Positions 45,947-58,247 of a stretch of DNA of 64,000 bases are shown piece after piece. Position numbers and translations under genes: made by a program. The notes below the pieces were generated by a model that saw nothing but the letters and a program-made list of their open reading frames with translations, was not told the DNA's origin and ran no database searches. Position 1 is the first letter of the stretch. Each line of letters starts with the position of its first letter. Origin of the DNA: Mantamonas sphyraenae STR306 (taxonomy: Eukaryota > Protista > CRuMs). The stretch spans positions 62,001 to 126,000 of the forward strand of contig JAPMXV010000052.1 in assembly GCA_026936335.1 (NCBI GenBank), read 5' to 3'.

Positions 45947-47089
45947 TCAGTCTTTGTTGATGGTGCCACTCTTTTCACACAATTCCCACAGTGCATCTGC
46001 AAACACGTCGACGGCGTCCGGGCATTGCATGAAGTACAAGCTGGGCTCGATGAGTTCGATTTCGCTCACCAGCAGCTTGACACTGTCTGGCCACGCAGGC
46101 CTGGGTTCAGGTGTCTCCCAGTTCACCTTTGCATCGTCCCAGTATCGTTCCGGGGTCCGTTTGTGTCCCTGAGCCTCTTGGATTTCGTGTTCAAACTCCA
46201 CGCCCTCCACAGAGGCCGGGTCGGCCACCACGTCGACGCGAGCGTACAGAAGAGGCTCCGACAGGTTCAACTCTTCCTCAACGCGCTTGAGCAGATCGAT
46301 TGCCAACTGAGCGTGTGCCTCAGCCACGTCGCAGAACTCGGTGCTGCCGCCAAAGCTCTGTTGCACGCGAAAATCGCCCTCAGCCGGCCGCTTGAGCATG
46401 GCATGGGACATGGTGCCACGAAAAACGAGCATGGACAGCTCGCCGGGTGACTGGAAGGTCTCCAGGCAGGGTTGGAACATGAGGAGGTCGCCGTGCTTCC
46501 AGGAAACACGTGTTTCCTCGTCGTCGCTTGCGAGGCGCGTGCGCAGCTCGGTGCAGTCTGCATCCAGGTTCAAGCGGTACGTGCCCTCTGCATTGGCACT
46601 GACGGCTGGTTTGATGACGACCTTGGCAGGAGTAGAGGCATCCCACACGCCTGAACGCTTAGCTTCTGCACACAGGGAGGCCAAAAAGGCCTCGGTATCG
46701 TTTGCATCAAAGGTCACCCAGGCAGTGGGGATGGTGGCAAAGCCCCATGACTCCACATCACGCAGGTAGCTCTTGTCGGCATTCCACTCGATCACATGCC
46801 GTGGGTTGTGCAGCTGGGAGTGTTGCTCAACTTGCTCGCAAAACGCAGCGAATTTCTGGGGCTTCTGTTGGTAGTTCCATGTGGAACGGACGACCATGTG
46901 GTCGCATGCTTCCATGTCCTCCTCCCGTGTCTTTTCCCAATCCAGAGCCAGAACCTGGACGGCGTCGCCGTGCTTTTCCTGCAGCTTGGCCACAACCATC
47001 TGTTCATCGCGGACCAATTCTGGCCACCACAGGTCAGTGAGGAAGCCTACTGTATACTGAGGCGTCTTCTGAGCCGTGTTTGTTGACAT
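45947..47089 (-). CDS. ATP-grasp ligase (RimK/glutathione-synthetase-like, bacterial type)
   Basis: RSTWNY, WNADKSYL, KPAVSANA, GELSM, SHAMLKRPAEGDFRVQ...GG, YARVD, EIELIEPSLYF; intronless. Confidence 0.8.
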   Translation of the reverse strand: MSTNTAQKTPQYTVGFLTDLWWPELVRDEQMVVAKLQEKHGDAVQVLALDWEKTREEDMEACDHMVVRSTWNYQQKPQKFAAFCEQVEQHSQLHNPRHVIEWNADKSYLRDVESWGFATIPTAWVTFDANDTEAFLASLCAEAKRSGVWDASTPAKVVIKPAVSANAEGTYRLNLDADCTELRTRLASDDEETRVSWKHGDLLMFQPCLETFQSPGELSMLVFRGTMSHAMLKRPAEGDFRVQQSFGGSTEFCDVAEAHAQLAIDLLKRVEEELNLSEPLLYARVDVVADPASVEGVEFEHEIQEAQGHKRTPERYWDDAKVNWETPEPRPAWPDSVKLLVSEIELIEPSLYFMQCPDAVDVFADALWELCEKSGTINKD

Positions 47090-47349
47090 GCCAAGGATGG
47101 AGGGGCGGAACTGCGCGCAGGATGAACTGCCTCCTCGCGCGCAGGACAGTGACTCGTGCAATGACATCGACGGTGATGATGCTTGCACCAGCGTAAACAG
47201 CTTGCCTTCACGCTCTGTACAGGCTTGTCCATGTACACATCGTCTGCCGTTGGCGTTCGTCGACCGGAGACAAATGCTGTGGCTGCGCAGCGCAACAAAA
47301 CCCACGCCAAAAGTATCCGACCAGCGAGTGCGACCTTTCCCGCCACACG

Positions 47350-49249
47350 ATGAGTACCAAGGTTGAAGACGAAAACGAGGGCGGGGGAGATGCAAACGAA
47401 GTGGAGCAGTCCGGGGAGGATAGCTATTCCGAAACCATGGCCCATGCACACCAGTTACAGGAGGAAGAGAAGTATGAGAACGCTCTGGTGGCATTCAACT
47501 CTGTTCTTCGCCAGGATGCACACAATGCGGCAGCACACCACGGTGTGGGCTACTGTGAACTCATGCGAGGCAACTTGCAAGAGGCTTACAGTGCATTCCA
47601 GCAGGTACGCCGTCAACAAGTGGGAGGGTTTTTGGGAGCTCGCTGACACACCTCGCACCGCGGCCGCCTACGGCACAGGCGCTGAAGTATTCCAAGAAAC
47701 CATACAACGCAGAGCTTCTGTATCATGTGGGCATGTTGTACCACCAGTATGGGGCGCACGACGACGCTCTAGGCGTGCTTCGTGCCGTCGTCAAGGGGTG
47801 GCAAGGGGAGCCTACCGAGCTGCTTATCAAGGTGCGCTTTCTGCTTGCAGTGGCATGCAAACTCACACGAAACTATCAGGAAAGCATCGAGGTATGTTTG
47901 TGGGTGGCACAGTGGTTATGCGGAGTGCAACCATGGCGTCTTTGCTGCGAGTATCGCGGTCTTCCAGTCTCCCAATTTTGCAGCAATTTTTGTTCGCATT
48001 GCAGGTCCGCCACGAAAGTTGGGTTTCTACAAGCCGGCTCACACCGTCCCTGTCCCATTTTCACAGAACCTGGACGCAGTGCGTGAGGAAATACCCTCGG
48101 GGCTGTCTGAGGCTGATCTGCTGTTCCAGATTGCCCATGTGTACGAATGCTGGCAAAAGGTGGGTTAACACGTCAGCCTGAAAACGCGCGCTCTGGACCG
48201 TGTCCTGACACCCCCCACTTTCTTGCCCACCGCTGCGATGCACGCGTGCAGTACCCTGAGGCGAAGCGATACTACAGCATGGTACTTGAGGAAGACGCAA
48301 ATCATGGCAAAGCGTTGCGCCAGCTAGGCTGGGTGCAGTTCTGCGCAGGCGACGATTTTGATGTGGCCAAACGCTCACTGGAGCGCACACTGGAGCTGGG
48401 TAAGTGTAGGAAGCACATCACCGGCACGGATGGGGCGGGGAAATTCGGGACATTGGGAAAAATTGGCCGGTTGGGGTGTAACATGTCTATGGGATGGGTT
48501 TTGCGAGGGGGTAAAACTGACGCGGACCTGCCTCTTTTGGAATTTCAGAACCAAACGACGCACAAACGCTGTACGCACTGGGCCGCCTTCACATGAAGCA
48601 CAACCAACACGAGAAGGCGTGCGAGTACTTTGTACAGTCGATCTGTGTGAAGGAATTTGCGCTGTGCTGGTGCTCCCTGGGGCTGCTTTACTACAAATGT
48701 GGGCAATTTGAAGACGCCCTCTATGCTTACTTCCGGGCTATCCAGCTGAAGCCATCGGAGGGGGTGATGTGGTACAACCTCGGCGTGCTGTACCAATCGA
48801 ATGGGCAGATGCAGGATGCCATTGCAAGCTATAAGCAAGCCCACGAGTTGAAGCACAGCGCAGCAAGCGAGCAGCTTAGAAACCTGGGCGTGGATGCGTC
48901 GCAGGGCGGGTCGCTGCCTTTGTCCACAACGTCGTCGACCAGTTCATCGAGTTCGTCGACAAGCATGACGCAAGCAGACGGACTGGCAGCGGCGACTGGG
49001 CTTGCGAGCATTGGCCGCAGCACAGCCAAGGACGACTTCCACGCATCTATGCCGGTGATCCAGGGCGGCAGCAGACACCACTCCACCGACGATATGGACA
49101 CAGAGGGAAGCAGCACCACGCAGACGAGGCTGCCGGGAACAGCGGCGCTGTCGCTGGCCACGGGCGGGGCGGGCAACGGAGGGCATGTATTTGCCATGCA
49201 TCAGGGCAACACCAACACAGGCACTGTTGGCGGAAACGGAGGCAACGGA

Positions 49250-49304
<55 letters not shown>

Positions 49305-50017
49305 GCAGCAACCACGGCAGCGGAAACGGAGGTGGCGGAAACAGCCTTGGCGGAGGCCTGTCCAGTGTGGCATCTATGGCTGGTTTGGCTGGCCTGGGTG
49401 GCTTTGGCGGCATGGGCAACCCTGGCATGATGGGCCTTGGCGGTGGCATGGGCAGCATGGATACGTCGCTGGCCATGCAACAGGCGGCTCTGCAACGCCA
49501 GCTGCTGCAGGAGTTTATGCAACAACAGCAGCAAGCGCAGCAGGCACAGCAGGCGCAGCAGGCACAGCAACAGCAGCAGCAGGCGCAGCAACAGCAGCAG
49601 CAGGCTCAGCAGCAGTTGATGTTGTTGCAGCAGCAGCAAGCGGCACTTCAGGCTGCTCAGGCGCAGAACAGTGGCAACGGAGCAAGCGCCATGAACCCGT
49701 ATGCACAGCAACTGGGGATGATGGGCGGCATGGGTCTGCAAGGCTCCATGGACATGTTTGGCATGCGTCGCATGATGCCCGACCAGGCGGCCATGAACAT
49801 GAACATGATGATGCTTATGCAGCAGCAGGCTCAGCAGCTGGCACAGGCGCAGGCGCAGGCTCAGGCTCAGGCACAGGCATCGGTCAATCTGGCCTCTCTG
49901 TCGCAGCAGGGCAATGGCGGCAACCAAGGCTCCATGGGCGGCGGAAACAAGCGCGACTGGTCCAGCATGAACAACATGGACGACATGGGAGGAGACCGCA
50001 AGCGCCAACGTGGATGA
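47350..50017 (+). CDS. TPR-repeat protein, Ssn6/Cyc8-like, with a Q/G/M-rich tail (multi-exon)
   Basis: TPRs such as WCSLGLLYYKCGQFEDALYAYFRAIQLKP and MWYNLGVLYQS; LLFQIAHVYE; poly-Q C-terminus. Confidence 0.75.
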
Positions 50018-50242
50018 TTCCACAGTTGCAAATGAACACGACGGGCGTCGCACATCCCAGCGTGTCTCTCCTTCCAGTTTGAAGCGACTCTTGATGCATG
50101 TTGCTTGCGTGCGTCGCGCGCGAGTTTGGCGCCAAAACAAACAGGGAACTGCGCGGGAACGCCCCACGAGCAGGACAGCCACACGTACACAAGCGCGACG
50201 AAGCCTCTTGAATCAATATTTGACACAAAACACACACACGGT

Positions 50243-51219
50243 ATGATTGTTATTACGCTGGAAGGCTGCCACGGCTGTGGAAAGAGCTCGCTGATCACGC
50301 AGCTGGAGGACCTTGGCCTCAACACCCTGGACGAAGGGTTCATGCTGATGGAAGAGACTCCGATGCATGCACAGACACTGACGATGGAGGTACGTATGAA
50401 GTGCATGAGGTGGCACGACACATGTTGTGTGACCGTCGGGGGCCTGACGTGCCGTGTTTTGGCGCCAAGGATGCTTTTCGCGCCAAATTTGAACGCGCGC
50501 CAAAAGGGGCGGCCGAGCAAGGCGTACAGAGCACTGACACAAATTGGGGTGGGTGGATGACAACCACACGCACTGTTTGCGATGTATGAACGACCTCGCA
50601 GACGACATGGATCACGGCATGGTTCATGCGGCTGCTGCGCCAAGCCAAGCAGCTGAAGGAGGAACGAGTGGCTAAGGGGGAGGACAGCGACAAGCAGCAG
50701 CTGTTCTTTGCTGACAGGTCACCATACTCGTCATGCCTGTATGCCGCCAAGGGCTCATGCACGCATCTGCTGAAGCCTCTGATCGACCAGTGCCGCACCG
50801 AGCTTGCGGCACACGACATTCACATCTACACGGTGCACATCCGCACAGACGCCGACCTGCTGTGGAAGAGAATCCAGGAGCGTCTCAAGGTCGAACCGCA
50901 CCGCCAGCAATTCCGCGAGGACGAGCGTGACTGGATGGAGACGGCGCTCAATTTTTACGACAAATTCGGATGGGACTACGATGTGGAGAACAACCTGAAT
51001 AGCATCCTGGAGCTGGCAAACAACGTGGTGAGCACTCTGGACGCAGAGGTGGATGGTTTCCGTGACGCATGCCCCGACGACCTGTACGTCAAGCTGGAAC
51101 GATCGCTCAGCGAGTCCTCGCTGGCCAGCAGCGAGGAGGACGATGAGAGCATCCTGGACATTTCTGTGGAATCCCTGGAAGAGGATCCCGAGATGATGTC
51201 CATGCTCACCACAGCGTGA
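50243..51219 (+). CDS. P-loop nucleoside/nucleotide kinase-like protein (2 exons)
   Basis: MIVITLEGCHGCGKS (Walker A) and FFADRSPYSSCLY (DR motif of dNK/TMK-like kinases). Confidence 0.7.
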
Positions 51220-51620
51220 GCATCGTGCAACGCAATGAACTTTCGCATCCATGTGGTGGGGGAACACGAGTTGCGTGGGTGCGTGCGATGCAACCTCACC
51301 CTTTGCATCTGCTTGGTGGCCTTGTGGGCGTCGTGTGCCCGGCCAGCTGCAGGGCGACGGCGTCCGGGAACCAGCCAACAAACGAAGCTGTGCCGAAAAT
51401 GCGAAGGCGCCCGCAAAACGGCGTCCCAACGAGGTGAAACAGGCCAGTTGGTGCTCAGTGTGTCCCCATTATGATTTTCATTGGTTGCGATGGTTGCGTG
51501 GCTGCGTGGCCGTGTCCAGGGGCCCATGTGTAGGCTCGCCCTGGGCCACAGGAGGTTTTGCAAAAGGCGTTTCGGCAGCGACGTTGCATCGAAACCAAGT
51601 CCCTGTGTGCTTCCGCTGGC

Positions 51621-51875
51621 TCACTTGCCAATGGAAATCCCCTGGATGGCGTCGTTATACGCCTGTGCAAGCTCCTTGCAGTTCTCCAGGTGGTTGACAC
51701 CCTCCTTGCGGTAGCACAGCACCAGCTGCTCGCGCAGGGATTTGGCCTTCTCCACAGCCACAAACTTTTCACGCACTGCGGCTTCCCTGGCGTTGATACG
51801 AGCCGCCTTGTCGTTCTTGTCGTAGTCGCCGCTTACATCTGCCCACGATCGCTGCACTGTTCGTGTCGTCGACAT
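51621..51875 (-). CDS. NDUFB10: Complex I accessory subunit NDUFB10-like (12 kDa)
   Basis: REKFVAVEKAKSLREQLVLCYRKEGVNHLENCKELAQAY. Confidence 0.85.
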   Translation of the reverse strand: MSTTRTVQRSWADVSGDYDKNDKAARINAREAAVREKFVAVEKAKSLREQLVLCYRKEGVNHLENCKELAQAYNDAIQGISIGK

Positions 51876-52443
51876 CCTGTCTGCTGCCCCACGGCGGCCC
51901 ACGCCTCGTGTCAGTTGCAATCCCCTCTCGACGTCCCGCGATTTTCCGCCACGTCGTCTCGCCTTGCTCCCACGCCCCAGCGTGCACTCGAGACATGCCG
52001 AGCCGTTCCTATGTGGCGACTGCCATGCGTCGTGCCTTCCGTCTGCTGCTTTTGCCTTTCCCTCTCCCAACTCACCTTTGAAAAGTGTTTTTCGCCGTTG
52101 GCAGCGCTGGCGCGTTGGCGTCACACGCACCTTGTGGCATGGTGGCCACCCGTGTGCATGTGCACTGGGCCCCATCCAACCATGTCTGTGTTTTCCCGAG
52201 TCGCCACATGGGTTTTGGGCAGTGGATGCGCTCTGGAGCGTCACCCTCCGTTTGTGTTTTGCGCCGGAAGGATCAGGTCCGGCCTCCCGCCGGAGGTTGA
52301 CCACATGGTCGCACAGTTTGTCCAGACGGAGCCACACGCACGCACATCGAAGCCAGCAGGCACAGTGGAGCTTTGGGGATGGCCATAGGCGTGGGCACAT
52401 GCGCTGTGGCAGCCAACATTCACGAATCCGACGTATTAATAAC

Positions 52444-55400
52444 ATGGGCTGCTGCAGCTGCGGCACGGTTGTCCGCTACAAGAAGCTCGTCAACAACGTC
52501 TTTCCCGACGACTATGCAGACGGCAACCCGGAGCAGGACCAGCTCATCAAAATCACAGAGTTTGCTCTGAGCAACACAGACAAGCTCAACAAGGTGAGGA
52601 GGACATCTGAACGGGGACACACGCACACACACACACACGCGCACCCACACACGCCGCTGACAATGTCATTGTTGCTCGCCACATGCAAAACTCGCTTGTG
52701 ACTGTGGACACACCATCACCACACCATCGCACTACTCTGCCGCTTCAGATTGCTTCGTACCTGCAGTCTCGTATTGTCGCGGATCTCGAGCGAAGGCATT
52801 TGGGGTACGTTTCACACACAAAGGCCCTTCCAGTCACCCGCACACGCTCTCCAGGGCCTCTCAGCACCCTCGCATCACCGTGTGGCCCATCGTACACGCG
52901 TGTCTCATCACGCAACGCGGTGGCCGGTTGTGCTGTGTCTCCCGTCCGTGTGTGCCACCCGCTGACCAAACTCCGCTGACCCTCCCTGCGTTTGTGCCTT
53001 TCGTTTTTGCCATCCCCCCCACAGCCATGTGCAGGTCGGCATGATTGCCTTTCAGGACCTTATGCTCAAGTGCCACGAGCAGCTGACCCTGTTTGTGGCG
53101 CCCATCATGCATCTTATCCAGCTGCTGCTGGATGACGTCGATCCGACGGTTCACTCCGTCGCCGTGGCCACCGTGAGTTCTCGGCCCCGCACACACGTGT
53201 GCTTCTAGCGCGCACCCTCACCCACAAGCATGCCACTCACACACACGCACCGACCCACACTTGCGTCTGTCCCAACCCGTTGCCATGCAGTTGGATCGGT
53301 TCTCCGACGTGCAAAACGGCTTCTACAGCATGCTGACCGGCTCGCTCAGCGAAATCAACCGAAACCTGATTGACGCCTGCGTGGCCGCGTTGGACAAGGA
53401 ACAGACCCTGCTGGCAGGCACATACATGCGTGGCATCTACGCCGTAGTGCGAGCGGCCCCCGAGAGTCTGGATGCAAACCTGCAGCAAAGCCTGGACGAG
53501 ATGATCACCGTGGTCATGCGTGTGTTGGTGTTGTCCAGCACAGACGACGAGGACGAGGACGAGGACGGGGCAAAGGGGAAGCAAAAGGGACGCAAAGGGG
53601 CCAAGGGAGCAAAGGGAGGGAACAGCACAGGCGGAGCAGGAGTGGGATCCACAGAAGAGGTGGAACTTGACGACTTGGCGTTGACGGAGGGCCAGGAGGA
53701 CGGAGTGCTGCTGGAAGACGTGCAGGAGTTGGCCAGGGAACTGTTGACATCGTTGGCCAGTCGTTCTGCAAGTGACAGTGCGTCAGGCATCATGGACTCG
53801 TTGTTCTCGTTCCTGGACGCGGAGGAGGGACGGCTGTGGAACGAGTTTGCGTTTGCCAACGAGGTGGTGTACATGGTGACCACCTCGCTGCCCTCCAACT
53901 TTGCCTCCATTGCCTACTCGTCCCTGTTGGACCATTTGCAGGCCACGCAGGACGTGGGAATCAAGACGGCCATTGCACGCATGCTTGGCGAGTTGCTCTC
54001 GCAGGCGTTCGACTCGTTGGGCATGGCCACACACCACCTGGGCTCCACTATGCTGGACACCCTGGACCTGTCCATGGATGCCATGCACCAGGCAAAGGCA
54101 CGGGACCAGGAGGAGGAAGCTCAGATGTACATGGAGCTGCAGGAGCAAACCACAAGGGTGATGCAACTCTTTGCCAGCAACCAACAGTACACAGAGCAGA
54201 AAATCGAGACTGCGTTGCAGGTGCTCACTCACATGCAGGGTGCCGAGGCGTCGGGTGATTCGTTGCAGCAGGGCGACGCCATTGCGTATCTGCAGTGCAT
54301 GAAGCAGATTCTGGGCGAGGTCGAGGCCCCGTTGCCTTCGTCCAACGTGGTGCCCACCACAGTCATGTCGCCTCTGCTGCGGTTGGCCAGCGCTGGAGAC
54401 ACTCAGGTGCGTGTGGTGGCCCTGGAGGTGATCCGCGAGGTGGTGGCACGCTCGGTGGAGCCGGAGAAGTTGCACACCATCAAACGACGCAACTCGTTCC
54501 GCAACGCAGGCGCAGGGGAAGGCTCACGTGGCAGTGGCAGTGGCAAGGGACGCGGCGGACGTGGCACAGGCAAGGGAAAGGGCAAGTCGGGCACCTCGTC
54601 GCGTTCCACACGCAACAAGCACACGCGAGGCGACAAGAGCCAGGGTGCTCGCTTCCTCAAGTTGCACGGAGCCAGTGTGCACGAGGCCCTCCTGGCCAGT
54701 GCTGTGCACATGGACAACGAACCGGCCAACTTTGAGGCCATTCACAACTGCATGTGTGCGGTGTTGCACAACTGCGGCTTGGCTTCCATGGAACTGGGTG
54801 TGCCCACCGTGTTTCGTCTGCAAAAGCTGGCAGCATCACGAGACAAGCAATTGCAGGGCGGGGGCAGCAAGCGAGGTGGTGGAGGCCAAGAGGACGACGA
54901 CGGGGAGGAGGAGCTGGACGGAGGAGGCGACGCAAGCACGGGCGACGACGCACGTGGCGGGGGTGGCATGAGCGAGTTGGACACGGAAGAGAACAGGATG
55001 GGGGTGTTGCTGAACAGGAGTGTGCACAGTTTGGTGGGGGCCTACCTGACGGCGTTGTGTGAGTACCTGCAGGCAACCGATGCAAGTGAGTATGTGGTGA
55101 GCATCATGCAGCAGCGTGCGGAGAACCAGGAGCTGTGTGCGTGGTTGGACGTGTCGGAAGCCGGTGAGATGAGTCTGAATGGCAGCGAGTACGCAGACAC
55201 GTCTGTGGAGTTTGCCGACGTGGCCCATCCGGTGCGCCATTTCTTCGACCTGGCTCCCCTCGCCAACCATCTGCAAACGTGCGCGGTGGTCAAACAGCAC
55301 TACGAAAACCAGGATCTGGCCACTGTGTTGCAACAGTTCACACCCGCAGGTACGAGCGGATCTGGGGCCTCGTCAGGCAGCGGAAGCTCGGCAGCGGGAG

Positions 55401-56137
55401 GAAGGATGGCAGGTTTGGGGGCTGGAAGCAGTGGTGCAGCCATGCTTGCAGGAGCGAGCATGGCAGCGGGGACGGGGTTGGAGGGCACGCGTGTGTCCAC
55501 CGTGTTTGTGGCATCGCCATTGATGAGTGCGGACGACGGAGGCAACGGCGGAGGCAGCATGACGCCCATTCTGCCGCGATTGGACGCAAGCAAAGTGCCG
55601 CTGCGCAAGCGACACGCAAGCACGTTGAACAGCATGCGATCTATGCGTCGCATCCAGGAACAGCTGCGCAACGTGGAGAAGGAACAACAGATTTCGGGTC
55701 AGGGCGGGGCACACCACATGCGTGCCATTTTCAGCGCAGGGGAGGGTGAACACAGGCGGCCGGCGCTGCACAACCTGGAGTACATGTCCACAAACTATGG
55801 GGGCGTGTGTGGCGACGTGCACACAAAGTTGGAAGAGAGGGAGAGCAAGGTGCAGCAGGCGCTGAGTCTGCTGGAGGCCATGGAGACAGAGTTGGAAGAG
55901 GAGGCGGAAGAGGAGTCTCGCATGGCACCCAAGGTCAACATGGACGCCACAGGAGCCAATGCACCGCAGACAGAGGACAGCACAAGTCTGCGTGCTGTGG
56001 CCAGGGCGGTGGAGAACATGGTCAGTCCGTCGTCGTCGCTGCGCATGCAATTTCCGGCTTTTGGGTTGGCCGATGCGGGGCTCATGCGAAGGGAACGGGT
56101 GTTGCCTGTGTCCATGTCCAGTGGTGGAGTGCGTTGA
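52444..56137 (+). CDS. EFR3: EFR3 homologue (plasma-membrane PI4K scaffold), multi-exon
   Basis: Cys-rich start MGCCSC, RYKKLVNNVFP, FALSNTDKLNK|IASYLQSRIVADL, then helical repeats. Confidence 0.8.
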
Positions 56138-56203
56138 GCGGGGCAAGGCAACAACACCCCACGCGAGGGAGAGAGAGAGCGTCGGAGAGCGAAAGCGCGA
56201 GCG

Positions 56204-58166
56204 ATGGAGGACGAAGACGTCGTTGTTGCACCACAAGCAACCTCAAATGAAGACATGAGTACGGAAGTCGTGGACGACACAGAAAGCAATGGTGGGCAGG
56301 AGGTGGAGGACGGGGAACAGGTGCAGGCAAATGGCGTGGATGTGGACGACGACCAGCGAGGCGAGGCAGACGCAACAGAGGAACAGGAGCAGGAACAGGG
56401 TAGCGGGAGCGAGACACAAAGCACCAATGAATGGGAAGAGGAGGAAGCGGGGAATGGGAACGCAGAGGAGCAAGGTGGGAACGGAGCAGAGTCGGATGGG
56501 GCAGCAGCGCAGAACGAGAGCAGCAACGTGACGGCGGACGAGGAAGGAGAGGAGAAGGGCAAGGAGCAGGAAGAGGAAGAAGAAGTGAGGAAAGAGACAG
56601 AGGACACGGAGGAAACGACAGGCAAGGAGGGTGTGGAGAGCGAGGAGGACGGCGGAAAGGAGGAGGCAAAGGGAGGGCGGCAGGAAGAGGAGGAGGCAAC
56701 GGAGCCAAAGGAAGGCAATGAGACACGAAGGGGCTCTGGAGCAGGGACAGGTGGGGCAGGAGGAGGCATGGAGAAGATGCTGAAGAAGATGAAAGTGCTC
56801 AAAAGCGCTCTGCAGGCGGAGAAGCAGCAGAGGGCAGCGCTGCAGCAAGTCAATTCGGCACAGGAGGCACAGTTGGCGGAGTTGCAGGCCACTCTGCGGG
56901 ACAAAGAGGCACAAATCGACGAGTTGAGTGTGTTGCGGGAGGTGTTGGATGCCAAGGTGAGTGTTGCGGGCGGTTTGGAGCCGGGGTGAACAACAGAAAC
57001 TAACCAAGGGACACACACACACACACACACACAGCAACAAGAGTCGCTGATGCTGAAACTGGCGAACGAAAACACTCTGGAGAGGTTGAACGAAACTGAG
57101 AGCCAGCTGCAGGTTGCGAAGCAAGAGGCGGCTGTGGGCAAAGAGGTGGCAAGCACGCTGCACAAAGTGCAGACACAGCTGGAAGAACACAAAAGGTAGA
57201 GTGTGGACAGGATACGGATGGATGGATGGATGGATGGATGAACTGCGGTGGCTGACACGCTGACACCGTGTGTGTGGGTTTGTGGCGGCAGAGAGAGCAC
57301 GGCAAGAGAGGCAGAGCTGCTGGCGCGGATTAAGGAGCTGGAGGACGAGGGCAGAGAGAAGCAATCGGCACTGGAATCGCTGAAGGAGCAACTGGACAGT
57401 GTGCAGGAGGAGAAGGAGCATGCATTGGGCATGCACGCAGCTCTGCTGACAGAAAAGACGTGAGTAGCTTAATGGGATTGGGATGCATGATGCTGATGAT
57501 GGGGAGATGGATGTGATGGTTTATGGTGACGTACGCACGACTGACGCCACGACGACGGTGGACGCACAGGTACACAGGGAGAATGAGTTGCAACGCCACT
57601 ACCTGCAAGCCAAGGCACAGACACTGGAAAAGGAGGCTGAAACACTGAGGAGCAGGCTGGAACAGAAGGAGGCACTCATGGATGGCGTGCTGTCGCAGGG
57701 GAGGGAAAAGGACAAACTGTTGGAAACATACGCGAGCAAGCTGATGTACTACAAGACCAAGCTGACCGACTATGAACTTGTGTTGAAGAAGTTCAACGCA
57801 AAGCGGGTTGGCAAGAACAACAAGCGCATCGACTCGCTGGTGATTGTGCAGAAGAATCCAACCAACAGGGCGATCACCATGGATGTGTACAACAAGGATC
57901 AGGGAAGCAAGACGAGCTATCGACTGACGGATGTGTTGGATGTGCAGGTGGACACCAGCGCAGAGGACCTTAGCTTTGGCCTCGTGTTGGATCGAAGCAG
58001 CAGTGGCAAGAACGCAGCCCTGCTGGCCTTTGAGGTGATTACACAGGAGATGCGGGATGACATTGTGCAGAGTCTGCAGGACTTTGTGGGCATTGTGCAG
58101 CAGGAACAGCAGGAGCAGATGCACAGCCAGTTTATCGAGGACATGAGTGCCACGTTTGGGTTCTGA
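56204..58166 (+). CDS. Acidic coiled-coil hypothetical protein (4 exons), possible C-terminal PH-like fold
   Basis: E/G-rich N-terminus, long heptads (ALQAEKQQRAAL...), GT-AG introns at ~56957-57033, ~57196-57291 and ~57460-57569. Confidence 0.6.
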
Positions 58167-58247
58167 TTTCGCGTCGTTGGCAGGCGCTTGTGTGCTGCGA
58201 CGCAATGTTCCACGGAAGCTGTTGGGGTGTCGTTGTGACCCAGTGAA

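Noticed and set aside
55795-57432. 545-aa Ser-rich minus-strand ORF
   Set aside because: Antisense of Glu-rich coding sequence, and it crosses introns and the gene boundary.
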